Shown here piece after piece: positions 35,785 to 45,150 of a stretch of DNA of 64,000 nt. A program made the translations under genes and the position numbers. The DNA comes from an uncultured archaeon (lineage in GTDB: Archaea > Thermoproteota > Nitrososphaeria > Nitrososphaerales > Gagatemarchaeaceae). Location of the stretch: positions 224,001 to 288,000 of the forward strand of contig CAWFOU010000001.1 of the NCBI GenBank assembly GCA_963817525.1, written 5' to 3'. The notes beneath the pieces are model-generated. The model was not told the DNA's origin and ran no database searches. It saw only the letters and a program-made list of their open reading frames with translations. Each line of letters begins with the position of its first letter. The stretch's first letter is position 1.

Positions 35785-38538
35785 ATGAAGTCACGGTCAT
35801 TGTTAATTTTCTTACTAATTCTCTCCCTAGCGGTGCTGCCGAGCTTCCAGCTCGCCTTCGCCGCGAGCTCGTCGTCGAGCTCCTCCTCCTCGTCGACAAC
35901 CACGACCAGCACTACCTCTGCCCCTAAGCCTCCCTACTCGGAGAAGCTGGCCGTGTACACCGCGGGCGGCTTCGACTATTGGCAGGTCACCCTCAGTCCC
36001 GTCAACGCCTCGAGGGCAGGGATAGTGGCCGCGGAGTCGGTGTCGGGCGTGAACGCGTACGAGCTCACGGCGATAGCAGGCTCCGCAGCGGTGACCGGGT
36101 CGTCTCTCTTCTATCCAGGGGCCTACAACGTGATCCCCCTGCCATTCATCCCGTACTCAGGCGTGTTCCTCAACGTGACGGCCACGAGCCAGTCCGCAGC
36201 CTCCTCGGCAGCCTCTGACTTTGCGTCCACCCTGGGAGTGAACTTCCAGCTGCTCGGTTCGAGCGGGAACAACTATACCTTCTACAGCACGGCCAACTTC
36301 AACACCGCGGGGGAGACCGTCTTCAGCTCCGTCCCCACGAGCAACGGAGGGATGGCGGCGATAGCCACAGAGTCCTCCCTCGCCGCCGACCCGACCCCCA
36401 CTGCGATCCTCACGGGCGTCCGCAACGGCACGTCGTTCTCCCACACGGTGTCCTTCGGCTCGACCGAGACCGGCGCTGTCAGCACCACCAACAACACCCT
36501 CCTCCTGGAGGACGCGCTGTCCCTCCAGAACGACTCGTTCGTCACGTCGCCAGACGCCACCTCCTCACACTTCATCGTCCACTCGCTCGACGGTCTGATC
36601 AAGTCACCAGACAACGCGACTGTGACCAACAACGTGGCGAACTACAGCGCGTCCTACTCGATCAGCATCCCGGCCGGGACGAAGTTCAGGCCGAACGTGA
36701 CCCTCCTCCAGAACCCGCCCGTCCTGACGGCCACCCGGACGGTGAGCACGGGCTCAGCGTCGTCGGGAGGCCTGATATCGGTGACCCTGAGCCTCGACAA
36801 CTCTGCCGACAATGGGACCATCTCCAACGTATCGGTCAACGACAGCTGGTACACCGCGTATCCCTCGCTCTTCTCGCTCAACGCAGGTAACTCGAGCTTC
36901 ACCCTTCCCTCCCCCGCCTTGGCCCCCGGGCAGAACGTCTCGAGGGCGTACGTCCTGAAGGTCGATTCCTCCGCGAGCGAGGACATCATCGTCCCCGCGG
37001 TCACCGTCTCCTACTCGTACACGTTCGGCAACGTGACGGTCAACCTCTCAACGCAGACGAACCAGGTGGAGATCCGCACCAACGACCCGGGTCCCGCCAT
37101 AGAGGTCCGCGCGGGAAGCAGCATCACATCCGGGTCCTCGGTCGGCAAGCCGGGCAACTGGGTCGTGACGGTCGAGAACACAGGCGACGACCCCGCGCTC
37201 AACCTGAACGTCATGAACTTCTCCAACCCGACCCTGACGCCCGGGGGAATCTGGAAGGTCAACATGTCGCTCCCGCTCACGAGCATCGCAAACCGGAACC
37301 TGAGCCAGATCTTCAACGTGGGCTGGACAGCCCCTGACGGCAGCAAGGCCACCATCCTCTCGAACCCGGCGACGGTCGTACTCAACCACGGGAACCTCCT
37401 AATCCCGGTGATGGAGTTCAAGCTTGCCGCGAACCTTACCGCCCAAGACGTCTCGCTGGGGAGCGTCAACGCCAGCTACACGCTCTCAAACAAGGGCTCG
37501 ACCGCCGCTCCGTTCGTCAGCGTGAGCCAAGCGCTCCCGGCAGGCATGGCCTGCAAGAGCGCGACGGGCAACGGCACCTGCAGTTCCTCCGGGTTCTCTC
37601 TCAACGCCTCCTCGATAGCGGGGTTCGCGAGCGTCAACGGGAGCGTGACCCTCACCTTCACCCACCAGAACTTCGTGCCTCCCGCCGCCATCGTCACGGC
37701 CACGGTCGGCACGCTCAGGCTCCAGACCCTCGGATCTGAGCTCCCCATCGCAGCGGGCGTGGGCGTGACCAAGGCCTTCGCGCCCACGGCCGTGTTCCAG
37801 GGGCAGGACGACAACGTGACCGTTAGGGCCACGAACCAGGGCTCCCTTCCGGTCTACAACCTGACCCTGACGACCAGCGCCGACCCGTTCGACACGGCCG
37901 TCTCCGGGTCCCTCAACCAGGAGTACCCCACCCTGACGTCGAACGCATCCCAGTCCCTGAATTACACCGTGAAGATGATCTCCCCCGGCAACCACTCGAG
38001 CTCGTCGACGACCCTCTCCTACGTCTTCGCTGGCGTAGCCGTCCAGTACCCTGTGAGCTCCGGGAGCGTCCTGGTTTACAAGGACGTCGAGGCCACGACC
38101 TACCAGGCCTCGACCCCCACAGAGGGCCACGACTTTGCCCTCGACTTGAACGTCACCAACCCGTCGCCTGTCGCCGTCACCGGCGTGTCGTACTCCCTCA
38201 CGATCCCTCAAGGCATCACCATCGTGAGCTACCCTGCGGGGGTCCAGGCGCAGGGACGGACCCTGACCTTCTCCCTCCCGTCCCTGGCGGCGGGGGCCAC
38301 TTCGACGAGCACGGTCACGCTGAGGGGCGACTTTGACGGGACCTTCAACCCAGGCGCAGCCTCGGTGACCTTCCACTATCTCGGGGCGACCCTCACGGGC
38401 GTGGTCACCGCGGCGACCATCCTCGTCGGGGTCGACGCGCTGCTCCGCTACGAGCTTCCCATAGGGCTGGCCGTCGTCCTGACCCTGCTGGTCGCGGTCT
38501 ATATGCACAGGAAGCTCGCAGTCCCACAACCAAAGTGA
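35785..38538 (+). CDS. large cell-surface glycoprotein with Ig/DUF11-like repeats and C-terminal TM
   Basis: Signal peptide, many N-x-S/T sequons, repeated V.v.v.N.G...a.nv modules and a C-terminal anchor. Confidence 0.8.
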   Translation: MKSRSLLIFLLILSLAVLPSFQLAFAASSSSSSSSSSTTTTSTTSAPKPPYSEKLAVYTAGGFDYWQVTLSPVNASRAGIVAAESVSGVNAYELTAIAGSAAVTGSSLFYPGAYNVIPLPFIPYSGVFLNVTATSQSAASSAASDFASTLGVNFQLLGSSGNNYTFYSTANFNTAGETVFSSVPTSNGGMAAIATESSLAADPTPTAILTGVRNGTSFSHTVSFGSTETGAVSTTNNTLLLEDALSLQNDSFVTSPDATSSHFIVHSLDGLIKSPDNATVTNNVANYSASYSISIPAGTKFRPNVTLLQNPPVLTATRTVSTGSASSGGLISVTLSLDNSADNGTISNVSVNDSWYTAYPSLFSLNAGNSSFTLPSPALAPGQNVSRAYVLKVDSSASEDIIVPAVTVSYSYTFGNVTVNLSTQTNQVEIRTNDPGPAIEVRAGSSITSGSSVGKPGNWVVTVENTGDDPALNLNVMNFSNPTLTPGGIWKVNMSLPLTSIANRNLSQIFNVGWTAPDGSKATILSNPATVVLNHGNLLIPVMEFKLAANLTAQDVSLGSVNASYTLSNKGSTAAPFVSVSQALPAGMACKSATGNGTCSSSGFSLNASSIAGFASVNGSVTLTFTHQNFVPPAAIVTATVGTLRLQTLGSELPIAAGVGVTKAFAPTAVFQGQDDNVTVRATNQGSLPVYNLTLTTSADPFDTAVSGSLNQEYPTLTSNASQSLNYTVKMISPGNHSSSSTTLSYVFAGVAVQYPVSSGSVLVYKDVEATTYQASTPTEGHDFALDLNVTNPSPVAVTGVSYSLTIPQGITIVSYPAGVQAQGRTLTFSLPSLAAGATSTSTVTLRGDFDGTFNPGAASVTFHYLGATLTGVVTAATILVGVDALLRYELPIGLAVVLTLLVAVYMHRKLAVPQPK

Positions 38539-38545
38539 CCAACAA

Positions 38546-39046
38546 GTGGTTGACGCGAGACCGGCTGGCCGCCAGCAGCAGCCGTCCTCCGCCAACAGGC
38601 AGCAGCGCTGGGAGGAGAGGTCGGCAGGCGCAGTCGTCTTCAGGCTAGAGTCGGGTTCTCCGCGCTACCTGCTGCTGAAGTACCCCGCAGGCCACTGGGA
38701 CCTCCCAAAGGGGAACATAGAGCAGGGCGAGGAGCCCCTCCAGACCATGGTAAGGGAGGTCAGGGAGGAGACCGGGATAACCGACCTCAGCGTGATACCC
38801 GGCTACGAGAAGAAGATAGAGTATTTTTACAGGAGGGACGGGAAGAAGGTGCACAAGACCGTGGTCTTCTTCCTCGCCCAGACCTCGACCGAGAAGGTGA
38901 CCATATCCTTCGAGCACCAGAGCTATGGCTGGTTCGACCTTCCCGAAGCCCTGAAGAGGGTGACCTATCCCAACGCGAGGCGGCTCATCAAGGAGAGCGA
39001 GGCCTTGACGGGCCTAAAGGGGCCTGACCCTAAGCGGGCCGCTTGA
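38546..39046 (+). CDS. NUDIX hydrolase (Ap4A hydrolase-like)
   Basis: WDLPKGNIEQGE.....VREVREETG Nudix box; ISFEH. Confidence 0.92.
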   Translation: MVDARPAGRQQQPSSANRQQRWEERSAGAVVFRLESGSPRYLLLKYPAGHWDLPKGNIEQGEEPLQTMVREVREETGITDLSVIPGYEKKIEYFYRRDGKKVHKTVVFFLAQTSTEKVTISFEHQSYGWFDLPEALKRVTYPNARRLIKESEALTGLKGPDPKRAA

Positions 39047-40115
39047 CCCACTGGGCGACCCTGTCCATCGCCACTTCGTCGGGGAAGGACACGGGGGGGT
39101 GCTTCATCAGCCACGCGCTCGCCTCGATGAGCGGTCCTCCCACCTTCCTGTCCATGGCCGTCTTGCAGTACCTGATGGCGTCGACGACGACCCCCGCAGA
39201 GTTCGCCTTGTCGTCCACCTCCAGGCGCATCTCCATGTTGAACGGGATTCCCGGGAACATGGTCCCCTCTATCCTGATGAACGCGAGCTTGGTGTTCCCG
39301 AGGTACGGGATGAAGTCGCTCGGCCCAACGTAGATCCTGTCGCTGGGGAGGCGGTGCGCCAGCTGGCTCTGGACCGCCTCGGTCTTCGAGATCCTCTTGG
39401 ACTCTAGGCGCTGCTGCTCCTTCATGTTGAGGAAGTCTGTGTTGCCCCCCACGTTGATCTGGTACGTCTTGTCGACCCTGACCGACCTGTCCGAGCAGAG
39501 CCTCGCGAGCGTCCTGTGGACTATGGTCGCCCCGACTACCCCCTTCACGTCGTCCCCGATTATCGGGACCTTGGCCTTTGAGAACCTGTCCGCCCACCCC
39601 TTGGTAGAGGCTATGAAAACCGGTATGCAGTTGACGAAACCGACCCCGGCCTCGAGCGCCACCTCCGCCCAGAACTCGGTCGCCTTCTGGCTCCCCACGG
39701 GCAGGTAGTTCACCAGCAGCTGGGTCTGCGTCCTCTTTAGCTCGTCCAGCGCGTCCTCCTTGATCTTGGAGATCGATTTGCTGGCCTTCATCGGCTTGAT
39801 CTTCTGCTCCACGTATAGCCCCACGCCGTCGAGGGTGGGCGACTCCCTCACGATTTCGTCGCAGCCGGTGACCTTGTCGGTCCACCTCACCATGTTGGGC
39901 TCGAGGTAGATCGCCTTGGAGAGGGGCTTCCCGACCTTGTTCGCCCCTACGTCGAAGGCACTCACAAAGTCGATGTCCTCGATCCTGTACGCCCCCACCT
40001 TGGCGTTCCCGAGGGCCTTCGCGTCCTTGTCCCCGCTCTTGCAGAGCTCGATCCCCTGGATTATCCCGGAGGCGCAGTTCCCCACTCCCACGATTCCCGC
40101 GCGTATCTTCGGCAA
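39030..40115 (-). CDS. ino1: myo-inositol-1-phosphate synthase
   Basis: Motifs GVGNCASG, NYLPVGS, GDDVK, NVGGNTDFLNM, SKRISKT and DKANSAGV. Confidence 0.95.
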   Translation of the reverse strand: MPKIRAGIVGVGNCASGIIQGIELCKSGDKDAKALGNAKVGAYRIEDIDFVSAFDVGANKVGKPLSKAIYLEPNMVRWTDKVTGCDEIVRESPTLDGVGLYVEQKIKPMKASKSISKIKEDALDELKRTQTQLLVNYLPVGSQKATEFWAEVALEAGVGFVNCIPVFIASTKGWADRFSKAKVPIIGDDVKGVVGATIVHRTLARLCSDRSVRVDKTYQINVGGNTDFLNMKEQQRLESKRISKTEAVQSQLAHRLPSDRIYVGPSDFIPYLGNTKLAFIRIEGTMFPGIPFNMEMRLEVDDKANSAGVVVDAIRYCKTAMDRKVGGPLIEASAWLMKHPPVSFPDEVAMDRVAQWVKRPA

Positions 40116-40180
40116 ATCTGATTCGTCCAGCCGACCTGACGCGTGATTATAAACTGCTTCTTCGCGCGCGAACCCAGGGG

Positions 40181-40924
40181 CTACCCGCGCCGCCGCCCGA
40201 GCTCGAGGTTCATCGCCTCGACCGCCCTCACCGGGTCCTTGGCCTCGACTATCGACCTCCCCACTATGAGGTAGTCGGACCCGGCCCGGACGGCCTTCCT
40301 CGCGTCCCCGCCCTGGAATCCCACACCCGGGCTTAGTATCGCCTGCTCCTTTCGGAGGATGGACCGCACCTCACGGATGATCGACGGGGACTTTGACGAG
40401 ACCACAACCCCGTCCGCGCCCCACCTCCTGGCCTTCCTCGCGAACCCGAGGTACATGGGCTCGCTTCGGACCCTTAGGCCGTACCCTTCCCGGGCGCCGG
40501 CGTGGCTCATGTAGACGAGCAGGATGACGCCCTTCCCCATCTCTCGGCTCTTGTTCATCAGGTCCTCGATCCCCTCCCTGTACCCGACGAAGGGGTTGGC
40601 GATGAGCGCGTCGAACCCATTGGAGAACAGCGTCCCGGCCGCCTCGACGTTGGTCGAGCCTATGTCGTTGAGCTTCATGTCCGCGATCACCGGGAGCCGT
40701 GCGTCTCGGCAGGCTCCGACGAGCTCACCGAGGCCGAGCACGCCGAAAGGGAGGAGCAGGTGCCAGTTGACCTTGACCGCGACGACCCTCTCCCGCAGCG
40801 CGCGGACTAGCGATGCGGCCCTTCTCTGTCTGCCTTCGTATGCGCCGCCGACGTCGGCCGCTAGGATGATTCTGCTGCCTGACTTGCGGGAGTTTGACTC
40901 GAGCCAATCCCGCAGGTGGCTCAC
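40181..40924 (-). CDS. pyrF: orotidine-5'-phosphate decarboxylase
   Basis: Motifs ADMKLNDIGST, SPGVGFQGG and IVGRSI. Confidence 0.93.
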   Translation of the reverse strand: MSHLRDWLESNSRKSGSRIILAADVGGAYEGRQRRAASLVRALRERVVAVKVNWHLLLPFGVLGLGELVGACRDARLPVIADMKLNDIGSTNVEAAGTLFSNGFDALIANPFVGYREGIEDLMNKSREMGKGVILLVYMSHAGAREGYGLRVRSEPMYLGFARKARRWGADGVVVSSKSPSIIREVRSILRKEQAILSPGVGFQGGDARKAVRAGSDYLIVGRSIVEAKDPVRAVEAMNLELGRRRG

Positions 40925-41622
40925 TTGAACTCCACCAGGGGGTGCTTTTCCTTCAACTTGACGACCTTCACGTATATCGAGCCGTGCTCGTCTATCCTCT
41001 TGCTGAAGTCCGTGTCCCCGAGCTTGGCGGCGGAGTACCTGACGAACCCCGACGGCGGCTCCTTGTCCAGCCTGGCGTAGAAGAACAGGGAGGCCTCCTC
41101 AAAGTCGTCGAGCCTTGCGAAGCACCCCGCGATCCAGCTGGCCCCGTTCTTGAAGGTGTAGAGCGGGAGGGGGGGCTCCTCATAGAGCATCTTGTACGAG
41201 GCTATCTTCATCAGGTTCGCGAGGTCTGACACCTGCGCAGCGAGGAACCTCGCCTTGAAGCCGTGCCGCTTCTCCAGGACACGCGGGAGCTTCAAGACGT
41301 GGACTACGGGGGCGTACATGTAGGACGGGTTGAGCGCGGCGTCCACAAGGTGCGCCTCCTCGACCTCCCCGGAGCTCTTGTAGGCGAGGAACTCGCCCCC
41401 CTTCTCTACCTCGACGTGGTAGAATATGGGTATCCCCATGAAGAGGTCGGTCTGGACGGCCAGCCTATACTTGGTCCCCTCCTTCGACATGAATATCGGG
41501 AAGGGCGCCCTTTCGAACGCGCAGGAGAGTCGCGCAAGGTCTGTGAGGCTCTCAAGCTCGACGAAGCACGCACCCACGATCCTTCTGGGCGCAACGCCCT
41601 CGCCTCTAGGCTTTGCAGACAA
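40921..41622 (-). CDS. hypothetical archaeal protein
   Basis: Coding-like frame with two similar halves (LESLTDLARL / VSDLANLMKI). TTG start at 41622 follows a TATA-like box. Confidence 0.7.
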   Translation of the reverse strand: MSAKPRGEGVAPRRIVGACFVELESLTDLARLSCAFERAPFPIFMSKEGTKYRLAVQTDLFMGIPIFYHVEVEKGGEFLAYKSSGEVEEAHLVDAALNPSYMYAPVVHVLKLPRVLEKRHGFKARFLAAQVSDLANLMKIASYKMLYEEPPLPLYTFKNGASWIAGCFARLDDFEEASLFFYARLDKEPPSGFVRYSAAKLGDTDFSKRIDEHGSIYVKVVKLKEKHPLVEFK

Positions 41623-41720
41623 ACTTAGCGCTCGCAAATCCTGCTCTTTAATAATGTTCGCAATTCCGAGGCGCTCGGTATTCGAGTCTGCGCACCGACG
41701 CCGCCGATAGGGACGAGAGG

Positions 41721-42098
41721 GTGGGGGAGGCCGACCGCGAAAGATATCGGCGCGAGGTGCTCTCCCTCGCGGGGAGGCTCGAAGCGCCTGACGCCGAGAC
41801 GGAGGACACCGTCTGGCAGGTGTACGCGGCCACAGAGAAGCTGATCGCAGTCCTGAAGTTTCGGCTGGACTATGAGACCCCCGGGGTCTTCGCGAAGCTT
41901 CCTGACGCCGGTCCCCCGGCAAAGCTCGTTGAGGATGCCAGAGGGCTCCTTTCAAAGGCAGCCGAAGAGATCGGGCAGGGAAGCCTGGTCAGGTCCATCG
42001 AGACCCTCAGGAAGGCCAGGAACAACCTCAGGCGCTACCTGGTCGACAAGAAGAGACCGAGGTCCAGGACGGGCCCTCGAGGCGACGCTCCCGCTTGA
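41721..42098 (+). CDS. small helical hypothetical protein
   Basis: Amphipathic helical pattern; fills the gap between neighbouring genes. Confidence 0.6.
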   Translation: MGEADRERYRREVLSLAGRLEAPDAETEDTVWQVYAATEKLIAVLKFRLDYETPGVFAKLPDAGPPAKLVEDARGLLSKAAEEIGQGSLVRSIETLRKARNNLRRYLVDKKRPRSRTGPRGDAPA

Positions 42099-42102
42099 AT
42101 CG

Positions 42103-42480
42103 TCACTGGGCAGGGGCGTCTTGCGTTGCCGTGGAGGGGACCTCCGCCGCCTTCGCCGCTTCCTTCTCGGCGTGGCTCTCCGTCTTCTTCTTGGCCTCCT
42201 CCTTCTCCAGCTCCTCCTCGACCTCCTCGTCGGTCTCGATCTCGACGAGCCTCAACTCGCTTCCCTCGACCAAGACCCTGTAGCGGTCCCTCACCTTCTC
42301 GATGCTGAGAAAGCGCTTGATGTACGTCTTGACGTGCCTAGACCGTATCCCCTTCTTGATAGACTTTTCCTCGATGTCGAGCTCCCCACCGCTCACCTCG
42401 CCCTTGACGCCTATCCTGGGCTCGAGGAATTCGGCTAGATCGTCCCCCTTTTCCTTCAAGGTGCCCAGGAGTATCTTCAT
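42103..42480 (-). CDS. rpl22e: ribosomal protein eL22 (L22e)-like
   Basis: LAEFLEPRI and SRHVKTYIKRFL....VRDRYRVL....ELRLVEI plus an acidic tail parallel eukaryotic L22e (FL.ERIKV; SKRYLKYLTKKYL....LRDWLRVV...YELRYF). Confidence 0.7.
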   Translation of the reverse strand: MKILLGTLKEKGDDLAEFLEPRIGVKGEVSGGELDIEEKSIKKGIRSRHVKTYIKRFLSIEKVRDRYRVLVEGSELRLVEIETDEEVEEELEKEEAKKKTESHAEKEAAKAAEVPSTATQDAPAQ

Positions 42481-42761
42481 TAGTGTTCAGCGCACCTCCT
42501 TCAGGATGTCATTATAACGGTTACGTGCTTGTCAGTCAATCGAAAAGCGGGCGGCATCAACCCCACTCTTGTCGTAGTGTAACTTCAAAGCACGCCATCG
42601 GGGTGGGCGGAGAAGTTCGTCACAATGAGGGCGCGATGTCTGTGGTGGTCCTCATCTTCGTAGGAGTTCGTCGTGAGCGTCCCGCTCGCCCAACGCCGAG
42701 TTTCAAGACTACCAATTCACTTTATATGAGATTGCGCGACTTGTGCAAGCGCTAGCCCGCG

Positions 42762-43949
42762 TTGGCAACGATAAGGGTCGAGGACGTGGAGAAGACCTAC
42801 GGTGACTCAAAGGTCCTGAACCGCGTCTCCTTCAGCGTCTCCGACGGTGAGTTCAGCGTCCTGCTGGGGCCCTCAGGCTGCGGCAAGACCACGCTACTAA
42901 GGTGCATAGCTGGCCTCGAGCGCCCCGACTCGGGTCACATCTACATCGGGGAAGAGAATGTCGACGCCTTCCCACCCGGCCGGAGAGACATCGCAATGGT
43001 CTTTCAGACCGTCTCGCTCTTCCCTCACATGACCGTCGCCGAGAACATCTCCTTCCCTCTCAAGATGAGGGGCTCCAGCGTCCAAGCCATGGCCGAAAAG
43101 GTCAGGGAGGTCGCGAAGCTCCTATCCATCGAAGGTCTCCTCGACAAGGCGCCGAGGGAGCTGAGCGGCGGAGAGCAGCAGCGGGTCGAGCTCGGGAGGG
43201 CGATCGCGCGGGAACCGAAAGCCTTTCTCATGGACGAGCCCTTGAGCAGCCTCGACTCCCCTCTGAGGGCTCAACTCAGGGCCGAGTTGAAGAGAATCCA
43301 GCGCGAGGTCGGTGCGACGACTCTGTACGTCACCCACGATCAGGCGGAGGCACTCGCTATGGCGGACAGGATAGGCGTGATGAACGGGGGGACCTTGCTC
43401 CAGTATGACAGCGCCCAAGACGTGTTTGGGAGGCCATCCAGCGCCTTCGTCGCGAGGTTCGTGGGCGACCCTCAGGCCAACATCTTGAACGTCAAGGTCA
43501 TCAGGGCGGATGGTCCCGCTGACTCCCCGCAGCAATCTCAAGGATACGCCATCGTTGGCGAAGGCTTCTCGTCACCTATACCCAGTACCACCGCTCGCGA
43601 GATCTTGGAGAAAGTAAGAACCCTCCAGCGTGGGGGGCCTCAAGCCGATGAGGCGATCCAGGTCTCGATCAGACCGGAGGACATCCACGTCGCGACCTCT
43701 CCTGGAGAATCCGGGGGCGAAATCAAGGGCAGGGTCGTCCTGGACGAGACGCTCACCCTCTACAGGTTGCTTACCGTCGAGCTCGATAGCGACCGGGGCC
43801 TGGCCTCGAGCGACTCGCCTGGCCGGACGAGCATCAAGGTCCTATCCGAAAAGGAATCCAAGTTCCGCCCCGGGGATGAGGTCTGGCTCCGGCCCGACCT
43901 GGGAAAAGCGCACTACTTCGAGAAGACCACAGGGGCCGCCATCCTTTGA
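42762..43949 (+). CDS. MalK-type ABC ATP-binding protein (copy 2)
   Basis: Motifs GPSGCGKTT, LSGGEQQR, FLMDEP and YVTHDQAEA. Confidence 0.95.
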   Translation: MATIRVEDVEKTYGDSKVLNRVSFSVSDGEFSVLLGPSGCGKTTLLRCIAGLERPDSGHIYIGEENVDAFPPGRRDIAMVFQTVSLFPHMTVAENISFPLKMRGSSVQAMAEKVREVAKLLSIEGLLDKAPRELSGGEQQRVELGRAIAREPKAFLMDEPLSSLDSPLRAQLRAELKRIQREVGATTLYVTHDQAEALAMADRIGVMNGGTLLQYDSAQDVFGRPSSAFVARFVGDPQANILNVKVIRADGPADSPQQSQGYAIVGEGFSSPIPSTTAREILEKVRTLQRGGPQADEAIQVSIRPEDIHVATSPGESGGEIKGRVVLDETLTLYRLLTVELDSDRGLASSDSPGRTSIKVLSEKESKFRPGDEVWLRPDLGKAHYFEKTTGAAIL

Positions 43950-44254
43950 CAGGGAGCGCTGCAACCCGGATTCCGGTCGTACGAACGGAGCGCACTTCTT
44001 ATTTCACCCCGAACAACGTCACGGTCTCTCAGCATCATCACGCCTCGTCGGTGAAGTTCTACTACGGTGATAGCCCCAGATCCTCGCCCATCAAGGCATT
44101 CAGCGTGACGGCGGATGAGATAGCGTCGGGATCGACCGCGCTCGCGGACTTGGTCGCGAGTAGGGTCGGGGGATTCCCGTTCCGTCCGCCCCTGACCGCC
44201 CACCAGGCGCAAAGTGCGAGCCACATCAACTGCATTCCGCCAGTGGGACCATGA
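43946..44254 (+). pseudogene. degenerate cupredoxin-fold ORF D inside the ABC operon
   Basis: YFTPNNVTVSQ...KFYYGD...AFSV...IASGST...VASRVGGFPF aligns by eye with cupredoxins A/B. It overlaps both neighbours by 4 nt and has no anchor. Confidence 0.45.
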
Positions 44255-45141
44255 ACGGGTCGAAGACGAGGGGGAGAGTGGTCGAGAGGTATTGGTACCT
44301 GCTTCTCGTCCCCATTTTCGTCGTTCTTTCCGTTGTCGAATTCTACCCGCTTCTGTATGGGGTCTACCTGAGCCTGACAGGGCCCAACGGGAGCGCCACG
44401 CTGGCCAACTACTCGCAGGTGGCCTCGGATGTTGACTTTTGGGACTCTTTCGTTGCGTCTCTTACATTTTCCGTCCTGAGCACGATTCTCGCTTTTTGCT
44501 TCGGGCTCGCCCTCACGTTCCTCATCCTGCAGGCGACCAAGTGGAGGGGTCTCCTCGAAGCCGTCTTCTTGGCGCCCCTCGCGATGGCTCCCATCGCCGT
44601 CGGCGTCGTGTGGGCCCCGTCCACCGTCTGGGACGACTTCCAGACATTCACGCACCTCACGATAGGGCTGCCCTTCTTCAATGAGTTGTCGGTCACGTTC
44701 TATGTCCCGGTGATGTCTCTCTCCGAGGCGTGGGAATGGGCCCCGCTCATCATGCTCGTCTCCATAAGCATCATAAACTTGACCCGGAAGTCGATCTACG
44801 AGGCGGCCAGGCTCAACGGCGCCTCGGCATGGCAAGTCTTCAGGGAGATCACGATCCCTTCGATAGTGCGCTCCCCGGTGATGCAGTTTGTGATCGTCCT
44901 CCAGTTCATCGACGCGATGTGGGCATTCGAGATCCCACTGGAGTGGTCCAGATGGCTCGGGTTCTCGACGTCGGTCGGGTCTCCCGCTGACACCCTGAGC
45001 CTGTTCCTCTACAAGCTCCTGTTCATCCCCGGCTTCGGCGACCCAATCCGGCTCGTGTCCGCCATGGCAGTCTCTTTGCTCGTCCTCACACTCGTGGGAA
45101 CCACAGCGATGGTACGCCTCCTCGGGAAAATGGGAAATTAG
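44251..45141 (+). CDS. carbohydrate ABC permease, MalF-type (pair 3)
   Basis: Motifs WEWAPLIML and EAARLNGASAWQVF. Confidence 0.92.
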   Translation: MNGSKTRGRVVERYWYLLLVPIFVVLSVVEFYPLLYGVYLSLTGPNGSATLANYSQVASDVDFWDSFVASLTFSVLSTILAFCFGLALTFLILQATKWRGLLEAVFLAPLAMAPIAVGVVWAPSTVWDDFQTFTHLTIGLPFFNELSVTFYVPVMSLSEAWEWAPLIMLVSISIINLTRKSIYEAARLNGASAWQVFREITIPSIVRSPVMQFVIVLQFIDAMWAFEIPLEWSRWLGFSTSVGSPADTLSLFLYKLLFIPGFGDPIRLVSAMAVSLLVLTLVGTTAMVRLLGKMGN

Positions 45142-45150
45142 TGGAAGACC

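Noticed and set aside
42481-42761. Possible structured RNA or riboswitch before malK copy 2
   Set aside because: Some pairings (TGAGG/CCTCA, GGGCG/CGCCC) exist but are expected at this GC content; no recognisable family motif.
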